From positions 62,001 through 118,086 of the forward strand of contig JAPEUD010000072.1 in the NCBI GenBank assembly GCA_026026165.1: DNA of 56,086 bases, given 5' to 3'. Shown here one piece after another: positions 1 to 13,494 of the stretch (positions within the stretch are counted from its first letter, which is position 1; each line of letters opens with the position of its first letter). The notes beneath the pieces were generated by a model, which saw nothing but the letters and a program-made list of their open reading frames with translations, had not been told where the DNA came from and did not search any database. Both the position numbers and the translations under genes were made by a program. This DNA is from Sarea resinae. Its lineage: Eukaryota.

Positions 1-3000
1 GATAGCCTCGACGATCAACCCATCATCCGGCCCCTGCTGCGCCCGTTGGAAGTCGACGGTACTAACGGGTCTGCTACCACCATATCCCAAGGGACTGCGG
101 CTGGTTCTTGGCGGCGGCGACTGCATGCCTAACAGATTCTCGGAGCTCGCGGGAAGGCCTACGACGCTGTTTCGCTGACCATATGGATTGTCCTGATAAT
201 GTTCGCTGACCCCCGCTGTCGAGTACGGGCGTTGGTACGGTCCCTGGGGCGCTTGGTCGGTGTAATGACCTAGGTTGGAGTATGTTGACTGTCGGGTCGG
301 TGCGCCGCCGAACTGGGCGGGAGATTGCGGCGGCATATAAGGCTGTGCTTGATGAGGGAACCCGGTGAGAACGGTCGAGGCTGGCTTCACAGAAGAGTAC
401 ATAGAATGCATATCGTCCATTTCGTAGGCATTGTCAGTGTACCCGCCTTGCATGTCCTTTTCCATTCCCGGAATCACGCCACGGCGGCCAGGAAGATTGT
501 TGTTTAGAGCGTAGTCATCCCATCGTTGTAGCGGGATGGAACGTGGATCAAATCCTTCATCCTCGAGAGCGATGACCTGTTTGTTGCCCTTCTCGGCAAT
601 GACAATGCGAGTGTTTCCCCACGAGAAATTGTCCTGTTGCCAGAACGAGTATATTGGCAGAACGAAAGAATATATAGGGAAGGCCATCAGATAGATGAGC
701 ATCCATCCCACATGCTGCCACTGCCGGTGAAGGATGAAGATGAGTGCCTGGAGACCGTAGACGACAGCGATCATGATGATCGAAATCAGTGGAAACTGGC
801 CCGAGTGGGATGCCACACGGTAGATCAGATAACCCATATACCCGCAAGTGGCTGGAAGGATAATCGTTCCGAACAAGTCGATGAAGACGACGAAACGCAT
901 GCTGAAACAGCAGAACCCACACATGTCCTTTATGAAGACAAGTTCGGCCAAATTATGGATGGTGGAGTTGATCCAACGTCGCCTCTGAGAGAGCAAGACA
1001 CTCCATGTCTCGGGAGCTGCTGTGCTGGCGTACGCATCCGGAACGAACTTGTAGGACATGAGGGGGAAGTGTTTGGTCATCAGCGTGGTCAGGTATCGAT
1101 CTTCACCCAACGCTAAGAGGTTTTTCTTGTGTAGAGTATCGACCTCACAGTCACTATACTCATCAAGGATCTTGTTAGAGATGATCAGAGGTTTGCCCTT
1201 GTCGGCTGTGCGCAAGCGATACATGCAGAAACTGTGAGAACGTTAGCGTGCGATTTTCGAGAACCCCAGAAAGACTCACCATCCCGGAAGGCAGGTAACA
1301 CTGCCAAACAAACTCTCGAAAGCTTTGGCCAAATGATGGGAGATGTAGTATTCATACACCTGGATCATGGTCCACCAAGTCCTATCCTCGTTTTGCAAGC
1401 TTGTCTCTCCACAGATACCGGCAATTTTCGCATCATTCGCGCAGCTAGCCACTAAACGGTTCAAGGAGTCTTCTTTGACGCTTGTATCTGCATCGACCAT
1501 GAAGACGTATTCATATAGCTCGGGATCGACACCGATAATGTTGTTGATCTGGTGAAACATCTCTAACTCGAGCGGTGACATGGACGATCGATGGTGGACC
1601 CGGTTGAGGAAGCTGAGCAATAATATTTGCGAGTCACGCTTTCCGCGATTCCCTGGCTTTGCTTTTGTTTGTTCCGATTCCTTGCCGACCTTGACGACGA
1701 CAATATAAGGCACCACATTTCCTTCAAATTCGTACAGTCCAGAGTAGACCTTGCCATAGTTGAGTTGTTCGCTGCCTTGCCCGACTGACTTGAATGGCAG
1801 CGCAGGTGGGTCAATCTTTGGATCCACTCCAAGGATGTCAAGAACAATTTTGGGAGTCGGCCTGTCGTTTCCACCGCCCACAATCATACCATCACAGATG
1901 ACACAGATAAGTTTCCTCTTATTATCGTACTGAAGAGCTGTCAAAGAATCTAGTCCCTGGCGTAGCTGGTCCTCTCCCTCGGTATAAGCAGGGACCTGAC
2001 AGATGACAAATTTATCTTGAGGGGCAGGCCGTCGTTTGGAGCCAAACTGTAACGCTGACACGAATTTGACGCCGATGACCGCGCATAGGATACAAGTGAA
2101 TGCGAGTAAGATGTAGTTGTTGACTTGGCATCGCGCAGTATCTCTGAAATCTGTGTTTCCGACGTAGAACGCGTTATTGAGACAATTCAGGTTCTCGAGG
2201 TAGGCGGTTTCGTTGAGGCTCTTCTGGAGTTGAGCACCGATATCCGTTCCCGGGTTATTCTTGACGAGGTTCTCGAGTGTGGTATCAAGGAAACTGTACT
2301 GAGCCAGATTATTCTCTACGTCTTGCGTATGGAAGTAATCAGTCAAGTCGTAGATCTTGTTGTGGATAGTGACCCATTGATGATTAGCATTCGCCCCTTC
2401 ATTTTTGACTTTCGATTTCTTCACGACGAGTTCTCCTTTGTAATATTCTTGGATCCTTGGCATGAACTTTTGCGTATACCAAGTCCAGGAATGCAATGCC
2501 GTCTTGGAACTGGCCTGTAGAATAGGGCCAGATGAATGAACCGCATTTGGATACAGAACAGTCGTATTCGCCGTGAGGGTGACGGTATCGTCCTTGACTA
2601 GGTTCGGGCACGCTATAGTCAGAGGTGGGGGGAAGTACTCGTCAAGATTCATCCCGCCGAAAGGTTGCATGTTCGAAGTCGTAGTCTGGATGCTGGTGTC
2701 GCTATGCTGTAGTTTCCAGAACTTCGTGATATCGTAGACCTTGCCATGAATGCTTACGTAGAAATCATTGTCACCTGTATGATAGCCGACTTCTTTTGCA
2801 TTCCAGGCTTTGTCGAAGTTTGGACACAGGAGCCTGCCAAACTCGATGATGTAGAAGATGACAACGGCATTCAGGAGGAAAATGAGGAGCATGAGCAATA
2901 TCTTTTCTCTCCAAGCCATCCGCACATCCGGACGCTTCATTCTCCCAACGTAGCGAAGTACGAATGAAGGAATCCAGAAAGTAACGGCCCAAGTGGCGAT

Positions 3001-5355
3001 CACCCACGCTCGCCGGGATTTCGTGATTGGTTGAGTCGTTATTGCTTTGGGCTGTCCGAGTTCCTCGTCCAGTTCGGTGATATATTCGCCAGTCTCCGGG
3101 TCATAGTAGGTTATCTCATCTTTCCTCTCATCTCCCTTTCGACCAAGACCATAGTCTCCGCGGTTGACTGTACGGACCGTACGTCCAGCAGTAGGTGCGA
3201 CAGAACGGGCACCCCCGATAACACTCTGGGTCCCCATTGGCGCCGGAGTAGGCTGTCGCAGTAGATTGTCTCTACTGCCCTGGGGCGTGAGTGAGTTACC
3301 AAAGAAGCCGCTTGGGTTCGGGTTGTTGGGACTTGCGGTGGAATAGCCAGTTTCCAGTCCACCCGTTCCTAGCATGCCACCCAGCATTCCGTTATAGTTC
3401 GGAAGAGGGGGTGGAGGAGCAAGTTCAGCCTGCTTGAGATCAAGCATTGTTTCTGCCTCCCACCAAGCGCCCTCCCGAAGCCAGACCCGCTCATGACCAA
3501 CGACAACATCACCATTGCTCCATCCGCGTTCCATGACCCAGCTCTCAACACCATCTTTGCCCTCTTTGCATCCCAATCGAGCATAACGAGAGCTAAATTC
3601 GTCAATATCAAAATCGGCAGTGAAATCTAGGGTCCGATTACGGCGGTTGGCCCACTCCGGCAATCGCCAGGAGCGAAGCTGGCGGGAGACGGTCCCCGCA
3701 GACCACGCTGAGGTCATCGAAGGGAGTGCAGCGAGGCTGGCTGGGGAATCATCGGTGGGATGTAGAGCCAGCTGATACCATACTCTGCTGCTGCTCATCA
3801 TATCAGCGGGATCAACTCGCCCAGTCTTGCCGAGGCTGATGCCTTCTTCGTCCTCGGGATAGAGAATGCTTCGGAGAAATCCATTCTCTTCAGCTTCCCG
3901 GCCAACCTTTTCTAAAACACTTTCTTTTCGGTCACGCTCATGTGCTCGATCTCTACTGGCGGGCCCGCCCGACAGCCCGAGATCGCCTTCAGCTTCTGCC
4001 ACGGCATTCTTCATCTCCCTGACAACAGATGAGCCGGGAGTCGAGACTTCAACACCGTCCTCTTTCATTTCCGCATTGATGCCGGTCGAGTCATCGAAGA
4101 CACTTCGGAGTGCGAGCGCCTTTCCAATTCTCTCGGACGGGATCTCCAAAACGGCAATGCTGACAGTGTCTGCGTCCTCATCTTCTGTCCGCGGTGTCCT
4201 AGCTCTGAAGCCTTCGCCACCACTGTCGCTAGAGGAGTCACCATCTTTCAATGTGCCCATCTCTTTGCTAATTGCTTCGTTCGCTTTAGATATAACCCAG
4301 TCTACCAAGGCTTCGTAGATGCCACCCAGCAGTATCCCTCGCTCGGCGGTATCGCATTTCTTGATCAGGACCTCCGGGTCGATACCCAAGAGTCCGGCCA
4401 CATCTTCACATGTTTCCTCTAGCACCTCTTCGTCGATGAGAAAACCCAGCGTATCTCCGAGTTTGAGCAAGCCCGTGAGAACAGACAACAGGCTTCGATG
4501 AGCGGACCCCTTGATCCCAATCGCCTTGAGAGATGCTCGGAAATCTTCGGCAGCAGCTTCATCATCTGCGGCTGGTAGGTACGAGGGCGGGCGATAGGTG
4601 CCTGAAGCGTTCAGTAGCGCATATGTCGAAGGACTTCTGAGTGCTAGAAATTCCCTCTCCGCCGGCGTCGAAGCCGACGTGAGCAAATAATAGAAGACGT
4701 CGAAAGCACGGTATCCATCTTCAGGCGGTACGTTGAGTAGTCCAGACGAAGTATCAATACCAGAAGTCCCAAGAGCTAATGAGGCGCCGGTAAGATTGCC
4801 AGAGAGCGTCAGGGTAAAAGATACAGCAAGAGCCGTATGCCGTGGCGTCGAAGGGTTGTATGGCGTCACTGTGTAAAGAAACGGTCGCAACGCTGAAAGA
4901 GCGGTATACAAGGTGGTGGGAATTGTGAGCGGCAACGTAGAAATAAAAGGTACAAGCAGCGAAGGGTTTGATTGATGGAGCGAGCTAGATTTATAAGTCA
5001 GCAGATGAGCTTCGAACGAACGCAAGCTGCAAACGACTGTCAACGGATATCGATGAACCTACCCAAGGACAATACAGCCATCTTCTGCTCGTCTGCGAGC
5101 ATGCTCCCATGCTCTGTTTGCCAACTCGCCATCTACCACACCCCCAGCGCTCCCATCAACGCCAGTCTGAGACGCTGTGAGCCAGGTGTTGGCTACCAAG
5201 CTCGTACTGGCATCCAGGCGATATGTGGAACCCGATGTGTAGATTGTGTGGAGTGTGTTCAGTAGCGTTGTAGTTGACACTTGTGTCGAGTGTTGGGCAG
5301 CCGGGCGAGGCCCCAAGCCCGAGGAATTCGAGAATGTCGAGGTACGGTTCGCCAT
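1..5355 (-). CDS. csmB: Class VII chitin synthase with degenerate myosin-motor-like domain (CsmB/ChsVII-like); 3' end runs off the window
   Basis: ATG at 5355. Exons 5355-5063, 4984-1280 and 1231-<1; introns 4985-5062 and 1232-1279 are GT-AG. The protein has a cytochrome-b5-like segment ([13 protein letters not shown]) and catalytic motifs [37 protein letters not shown] and SQRRRW. The frame is open to base 1, ending at the start of a DEK_C-like domain ([11 protein letters not shown]). The N-terminal motor region has no P-loop. Confidence 0.95.
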
Positions 5356-7709
5356 CGCTGCGATGTCGAGTTCGTACTACTTTCCCAGAGGATTGTCTTT
5401 GGGTAATTGTTAGCGGACGAGGGGGAGCATTCGGGGACTCTTTCATAGCCAACACGCACCTGGTGCAGCGGCTTCGAACCAGAAAAAAAGCCCACTAGAT
5501 CGTGCCCATTCGTCTTGATTGACTTGCAGAGTGGGCCAGAATGACTGATTTGATTTACCCGGGCCTGATTCTCGTCCTAGCTTGACTATCGAAAGGAAGG
5601 CGAAGGATGAGAACGGCGAGAATGAGCTGAGCTTGGAAACGAGAGGCAAGTCGACGAGCCCGGAATAAAGCGAAGGTAACGACAATCACGGCTCACGAGA
5701 TTGCGGTGAGGATGTCCACAGGCAACCGGATGATTCAAACGAGAGGCACGAAGAGACAGAATGGAGATATGGTCGGAAGAGAGAAAATAGTGATGGATTG
5801 GAAGGGTCCGCTACGATACTACTAGCACTACTCTGGACTTCACACGCCCATCGGCATCATGGGCGCCCAGTCCACACACAGACACACAGACACAGACACA
5901 CAGACACATTGCTACGGAGACCGAGGCCCATCTCCCACGCGACGAGCACGTCGCTTACCTTGCTCAGGGGGATTGATACAGACGCAAAGGTGGAAGGTAC
6001 TCGGAGTACTCGGAGTACTTTCAACGACCCAGACGACGGTACCTCTTGACCCTCCTGCCAACCCAACGACGAGACTTTCTCGCGTCTCCCACCTCTAGAG
6101 TACTCTAATGGATGATCTCTGCTCTCTCCCAACTCGGCCACTCGAGTACGGTACGAAGTGCTTCACTAAGACAGACAGCCAGCGTCTCCCTCCCACCCCC
6201 CGTGGCCCCCAGGCCGGCCCCTGAACCCCTGCCCCCCCCGTCATACTACTGCGCATTATTGTGCGGCCATTGGCTCCCTTCTGAGACCAAAGGGGCGATC
6301 TTCCTCGAATAGATGCAAGCAGGAGCCAGATCCGCTGCTATTCTAGGCAATCGATTTTCCTTCTCTTTCGATGGGCGACTGACCCTGCCGACTCGCCCGG
6401 AGGACCGTTGATATCCATATCCATCTCCCTATCCATCGTAGTTCCGTAGTTTCAGCCCGCCTCTTTCCTCTTTGCCGACAAGGGTTCAAGGCTCGTATCT
6501 TTGCTTGTCAGCCGTGAAGAAGAGCTTCTAGCGCGTCACTGGACTCGCTCGTATGGCTTGGACTCCAACAGTCTTAGTGATCTGAAAGGAGGTACTCTAC
6601 TCTCCGAACAGGGAGTACTCCGGAATAGTCTCGAAGACCATCTCGAGCTGAGACGACCGTATACTCCGAGTACTACGTAGTATGAATCTTCTCCCTCGCC
6701 GCAAGACGTACTCCGCACTCGATCAATTGCTGACTACCTACTATGTATATTACCTACATGGATACATACGTGGAGGATTGATGTGGAAAGCAACCAGGCT
6801 CTCACGCCACTGGTGATCATGTCTTACAGATGGCAAGTGATGATGCAGTAGTCAGAGCGGTAGACTGCGTAGTAGAGTAACGAGATGGAGTAGGGCCCTA
6901 CCGTTGCGTGGGTCGGAAGGGTGAAGATTTGTAGTCTACGACGTAGTACCTACTCCTCTACTCCTTGGCACTCTACTACTGCACCGCCGCTGCATGGACT
7001 TTTCGAGGTCGAGATATATTTTGGGCGAGTGGCGTGCGGAGTACCGCCGAAGTATCTCGATACCCGGGATGACTTGGTCGACAGGGCGCAGAGGTATCTG
7101 CTCAGGGACGGCTAGAGCATCAGAGTTCCGATCCCTCAGGCACGCAGAAAAGGGTCCGGGAGGTCAAGGCACGGAGAGGACTGAGAGGAGCGTAGGGTGA
7201 CCTACTCCCGAGTAGTCACTACTAGAGCGTGTGGAAAGCTCAACGACGTCTTCCAGCTAGACCCTCTTCCATTGTCTGTCCGTCTTTTCGGCCTGGCAGC
7301 GTTCAACGACACCTCTCGTTCGAGATCATTGTACAGCGTAGCCATCGACGATACATTCGTTTTCATTGTTGCTCGACATCCATTGGTGTCTCGCATCCTA
7401 TCGCCCTACACTCGCTTACTGCCCCTGTCCGTCAGACTTGTTGACAAGAATTCGGTGTTTGCCGACATCGAGAAACAAAAGTGCCCACCGCGCCTTCACA
7501 GACGAATCTCCGTATCGCTCCCGATTATCACTTCCTCTTCGTGAAGACTCGACAGCGACCTGCCTTGACCTGCCTCGGCCTGCCTGCGCCAAAATCCAAG
7601 GCTGAAGACGGTCGTTTTGGTCAGGATCAAGCGTTGATCGTTTTCTCACAGGGCATCCGCCCGGGGAGCCAGCAACGGGCGTCCCCAGTGACGCTCATCC
7701 TTTGCAGCC
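5356..7709. promoter_or_regulatory. Bidirectional intergenic/promoter region shared by the divergent class VII and class V chitin synthases
   Basis: The 2.35 kb between the divergent ATGs at 5355(-) and 7710(+) has no credible CDS. It is rich in AGTACT/GTAC words and includes a (CACAGA)n repeat at about 5876-5908. Confidence 0.7.
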
Positions 7710-10700
7710 ATGGCCCACCCGTCGTTGACCGCAAGCAGCCCTTCATACTCGCAACCCTCTCTACCGGCTCTACCGGCTCACCTTCAGTCCGACACCCACC
7801 TCACAGCGCATCTGGCCAGCCGATTTCACGTTTCGCTACCCACCGCCCGCCTTTCCTCTCACGCTTTAATCTCGCTGAATACGTATACCACCTCGACGAA
7901 AGGTCCCGATGGAGGAAAAGAAGGGAGTGCGAGGGGTGAGGCCGAGGAGTTGGCCTCGAGGGTTTGGTCGAGGCTCGGAAACAGAGCCGAGGATCAGGCC
8001 GTAGTGTTCTTGTGAGTCTGCTTGTCAAGGCGTGACGTCGAGGCGGTGCTCGACATGATGACACTGTTGACTGACGAGTATCTATAGGGGCGAGTCGGGT
8101 TCCGGGAAGACTACCATTCGTTCACACCTCCTCTCCGCACTCCTCAACTTCTCTTCGACGCCTCTCTCGACGAAGTTGTCCCTCGCGTCATTCGTGTTCG
8201 ACACCCTGACGACCACCAAATCGATCACTACACCTACTGCTTCCAAATCTGGACTCTTCTTCGAACTACAATACGATGCGTCTTCAATTGCACATCCAAC
8301 GCTGATCGGGGGAAAGGTTTTGGATCATCGACTTGAACGGAGCCGCGTGACGTCTGTCCCTACCGGAGAAAGAAGTTTCCATGTTCTGTATTACCTTCTG
8401 GCCGGAACAAGCGCTGCCGAAAAGGCTCATCTGGGGTTGGAGACTCCAGGTGTCGTCGCCGCTGGGGCGGGTGGGGCTGGTAACAGGTCTTCGCTCACCA
8501 TTGGCCATAAGAGATGGCGGTACTTGGGACATCCGACTCAGCTCAAGGTTGGCATCAACGATGCCGAGGGCTTTCAGCACTTCAAGACTGCTCTCAGGAA
8601 GCTAGAGTTCCCACGGAGCGAGATTGCCGAGATTTGTCAGATCCTTGCCGGTATACTCCATATTGGTCAACTTGACTTTATATCGAGTCAGTCTACCCAG
8701 GCTGGTGCCGACGAGAGCGGCGGCTACTCGCACGAAGGTGGCGAGACTGTCACGACGGTCAAGAACAAGGAGGTGCTCTCGATCGTCGCGGCCTTCTTGG
8801 GAGTCAGCACACAGGATCTCGAGACAAGCCTGGGCTATAAGACGAAAACTCTTCATCGAGAACGCGTCACAGTCATGCTCGATCCTAACGGTGCTCGGGC
8901 TAACGCTGATGAGCTTGCTCGGACACTTTACGCCTTGCTTGTAGCATACGTCATCGAAAACATTAACCAGAGGATATGCGCACTAGATGATGCAGTGGCC
9001 AATACCATCTCTATCATCGACTTTCCTGGATTCTCGCAAGTGTCCTCTACTGGTTCTACTCTCGACCAGCTTCTCACGAATGCGGCAACGGAGTCTTTGT
9101 ACAACTTTTGCCTGCAAAGCTTCTTCGAGCGAAAGGCTGATATCCTGGAGACGGAGGAGGTTAGTGTTCCTGCAACCAGCTATTTCGACAATTCAGATGC
9201 TGTCAAAGGTTTGCTCAAGCATGGCAATGGGTTGCTGAGCATTTTGGATGATCAAACAAAGCGTGCTCGCACAGATCTGCAATTCATGGAAAGCATCCGC
9301 AAGAGGTTTGAGAAGAAGAACCCGGCCATCATGGTTGGAAACACAACGGCAATGCTTCCAGGTAGCAATTTCGCGACGAGCAATGCTTCAGCTTCCTTCA
9401 CGATCAAGCATTTTGCTGGTGAGGTCGAATATCCCGTCAATGGCCTCATCGAGAGTAACGGCGAGGTGATCTCGGGTGACCTTATGAACTTGATTCAGTC
9501 CACGAAAAGTGACTTTGTGCGTGAGCTGTTTGGTCAGGAGGCTCTCCATACGGTTATGCACCCCAAGGAAAAGACCTCCATTATGCAAGCCCAAGTCAGC
9601 TCGAAACCGTCAAGGATGCCAAGCATGGCTCGCAAGAGAGGCGACGTTCCAGCAAGATTCGCCAGCCGGAAAGCGAGCAACGCTTTCGATGCATCTGAAG
9701 ACCATGAGGAGCATGAGAGCGAGCTCGGCAACTCTCGACATGGTCTATCCAAGGGCCGGAAGAACGAGGGTCTGGCCGCTGGACAAGGCGCTGCAGGGCA
9801 GTTCCTTGCATCCCTCGACAACATCACGAATTCTCTGACAAATTCCAACGCTAATCCTTATTTCGTATTCTGTCTCAAACCCAACGACCGTCGCATTGCA
9901 AATCAGTTTGACAGCAAATGTGTGCGGGCTCAGATGCAGACTTTTGGCATCGCAGAAATCAGCCAGCGACTTCGAAACGCAGACTTTAGCGTGTTCCTGC
10001 CGTTTGCCGAGTTCCTCGGCTTAGCTGAGGCTGAGACTATTGTGGTGGCCAGCGAAAAGGAGAAAGCTGAGATGGTGCTCGACGAGAAGAGATGGCCCGG
10101 CAACGAGGCTCGAGTTGGGAGTACGGGTGTCTTCCTCAGTGAAAGATGCTGGGCAGAGGTTGCCAAGATTACGGAACCAGCCTTTGGTGTTCCCAGATAC
10201 CCCGTACAAGAGACCGACGATGAAGGGGGTGATGGTATGCTGACCCCCGGCGATGCTAATCGCGGTTTCGGCGACTCCAAGGTTCGTCTCATCCCATCCA
10301 ACGGCGGGAGTCCCTCCCCGGGAACATACTCGGAAGAAGGCAAAAACAACGGATACTTTGGAGATACCCGGTCGGACGCAGGTGGCTCGGCTTTCAATGC
10401 GGGAGACATGTTTCGCGACCTCGATACCAGAGCGCAAATGGCCGAAAAGGGCAACGAGAAGAAAATGGAAGAAGTTGATGATGTTGTCGTTTCTGGCAGC
10501 CGAAAGAGATGGCTGGCCCTCGTCTATCTCCTGACCTTTTACATTCCGGATTTTACCATCAAGTGGATAGGTAGGATGAAGCGCAAAGATGTGCGGATAG
10601 CATGGAGAGAGAAGTTCGCCATCAACCTTTTGATCTGGTTCTTTTGTTTATTCGCCGTCTTCTTCATCCGTAAGCGAATCTTCTCCTTTTCAAAGCCTTT

Positions 10701-13494
10701 CTAACCGTCGGGTAGTCATCATGCCAAATTTGATCTGTCCGAAGCAGCACGTCTTCTCGGCTTCCGAACTAGCATCCCACGACGGCAAAAAGGGTCACAG
10801 TTCATACATTGCCATTCGAGGGGTAGTCTTTGATCTAGGGGCTTTCATGCCTAATCACTATCCTGATATAGTGCCTCAATCAGCTCTCAAAAAGTATGCC
10901 GGTCTCGATGCCTCCTCTCTTTTTCCTGTCCAGGTATCCGCACTCTGTCAAGGCAAGACTGGCAAAGTCGACCCCTCGGTTCAACTCGACTATAAGTCTA
11001 CCAACGTGTCTGGCACTGCAACGGCTGTAAGCAGCACCGACGTCAATGCCCGCTACCACGATTTCCGATACTTTACGAACGACTCCCGTCCCGATTGGTT
11101 CTTCGAGCAGATGAAGTATCTTCGGGACAACTTCAAAAAAGGAGACATTGGTTACACGCCAAGTTACGTGAAGAAGCTTGCCACAAAAAAGCAGGAGACG
11201 ATTGGGATCATACACGGCCGGGTCTATGACTTCACCGACTACGTGAAGGGAGGCCGGCGAACGCAATTTCCACCAGGTGTCAAAGCGCACTCCGTTGATA
11301 CCGACTTTATGGATCCACTTGTGGTGCAGCTGTTCCAACAGCAAACTGGGCAGGACCTGTCCAAGGATTGGGATGCACTCGAGCTTGACCCCGAGGCGAA
11401 AGCCCGTATGCAGCTCTGCTTGGATAATCTCTTCTTCGTCGGCAAGACGGACACTCGAAACTCACCCCAGTGCCAGTTCGCTCAATATATCTTGCTGGCT
11501 GTCTCGATCGTCATGGTCGTCATTATTGGTTTCAAGTTCTTTGCGGCCTTGCAGTTCACGAGGAAAAATGTGCCCGAGGATCTGGATAAGTTTATCATCT
11601 GCCAGGTTCCTGCATATACTGAAGACGAAGAGTCTCTGCGGCGGGCGATCGATTCGGCAGCGCGAATGAAGTACGATGACAAACGAAAATTGCTCGTCAT
11701 TGTGTGTGATGGTATGATCATTGGACAAGGTAATGATAGGCCGACCCCGAGAATCGTTCTCGATATCCTGGGAGTCTCCGAGACTGTCGACCCCGAACCG
11801 CTCAGCTTTGAGAGCTTGGGCGAGGGGATGAAGCAGCACAACATGGGCAAAGTGTACTCGGGTCTCTATGAGGTCCAAGGTCATATCGTGCCGTTCCTCG
11901 TGATCGTCAAGATTGGCAAGCCATCCGAAGTGTCGAGGCCTGGTAACCGCGGCAAACGAGATTCTCAGATGGTCATGATGAGATTCCTCAACCGAGTCCA
12001 CTACAATTCGCCGATGAGCCCGCTTGAGCTCGAGATGCATCACCAAATCCGAAACATCATTGGCGTCAATCCAACATTCTATGAATTCATGCTGCAGATC
12101 GACGCCGACACGATTGTCGCACCCGACGCGGCCACTCGCATGGTTTCGGCATTTATCCACGATACGCGATTGATTGGAATATGCGGTGAGACGGCTCTGA
12201 CCAACGCCAAATCGTCCATGGTCACCATGATCCAGGTCTACGAATACTACATCTCCCACAACCTCACCAAGGCTTTTGAGAGTCTGTTTGGTTCCGTCAC
12301 CTGTCTGCCAGGTTGTTTCACCATGTACCGTATCAGAGCCGCCGAGACCGGAAAGCCCTTGTTCGTCAGCCGTGAGATCATCGAAGCTTACTCGGAGATA
12401 CGCGTTGATACTCTGCACATGAAGAATCTGCTCCATCTCGGTGAGGATCGTTACCTCACGACCCTTTTGCTGAAGCATCACGCGAAATACAAGACCAAAT
12501 ATATCTTCCGGGCCCACGCATGGACTGTTGCGCCCGACAGTTGGACGGTGTTCATGTCACAGCGTCGACGGTGGATCAATTCGACGGTACACAATCTTGT
12601 CGAGCTTATACCTCTGCAACAGCTTTGTGGTTTCTGCTGCTTCAGCATGAGGTTTATCGTGTTCATCGATCTCATCAGTACTCTAGTTCAGCCGGTCACC
12701 CTCTTCTACATTGGTTATCTGATCTACGAACTGATCGCTCATCCGAGCACGGTGCCCATGACGGCTTTTATCATGCTGGGAGCCATCTATGGTCTCCAAG
12801 CCATCATCTTCATCTTGAGGAAACGGTGGGAGATGGTTGCGTGGATGCTGATTTATATCCTGGCCATGCCGGTCTTCGCATTTGGCCTTCCGCTTTATTC
12901 TTTCTGGCACATGGACGACTTCTCCTGGGGAAATACTCGTGTCGTTACTGGGGAAAAGGGTGGAAAGGTTGTCATTTCCGATGAGGGCAAATTCGACCCT
13001 GCTTCGATCCCTCACAAGAAGTGGGAGGAATACCAGGCGGAACTATGGGATGCCCAGACTCAACGCGACGATCGCTCGGAAGTATCAGGATATTCGTACG
13101 GTACCAAGGGCTACCATGCCCCCGCATCCGATTACGGATATCCACCATCGAGGCCCATGTCGCAGATGGATCTCCCCCGATACGGTTCGAGGATGTCCCT
13201 CGCTCCGTCGGACGTCATGTCGCGCGGATACAAAGACGTCGAGCTGTCCGATCTTCCAGCCATGCCGTCGGATGATGCTATACTCATGGAAATCCGGGAG
13301 ATTCTCAAGACGGCCGATCTGATGACAGTGACGAAGAAGAGTATCAAGATGGAGCTTGAGAGGAGGTTTGGCATGAGTTTAGATGCAAGAAGGGCTTATA
13401 TTGGTTCTGGTACGTTTTGACTATTCTGACCGTAAAAAGGCAGTGATGCTAACCGTCTACAGCAACTGAAGCCATTCTCTCGGGACAACTCTAG
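7710..13494 (+). CDS. csmA: Class V chitin synthase with N-terminal myosin motor domain (CsmA/ChsV-like)
   Basis: Exons 7710-8011, 8088-10669, 10716-13409 and 13463-13494. Splicing restores the P-loop GESGSGKT. Other motifs: switch-I-like TASKSG, DFPGF, cytochrome-b5-like domain, [21 protein letters not shown] and a C-terminal DEK_C domain ending [10 protein letters not shown]. Confidence 0.97.

Noticed and set aside
637..1116. 159-aa plus-strand ORF and other ORFs at 325-922
   Set aside because: They overlap the last visible exon of the class VII chitin synthase, which the ORF track omits, probably because it runs off the edge.
11462..12517. 351-aa antisense ORF inside the class V chitin synthase
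   Set aside because: Shadow frame of a codon-biased conserved CDS, with no recognisable motifs.
13410..13462. TGA-CTA at the end of the csmA ORF-track frame (13418-13423)
   Set aside because: It lies inside the final intron; the true stop is TAG at 13492-13494.
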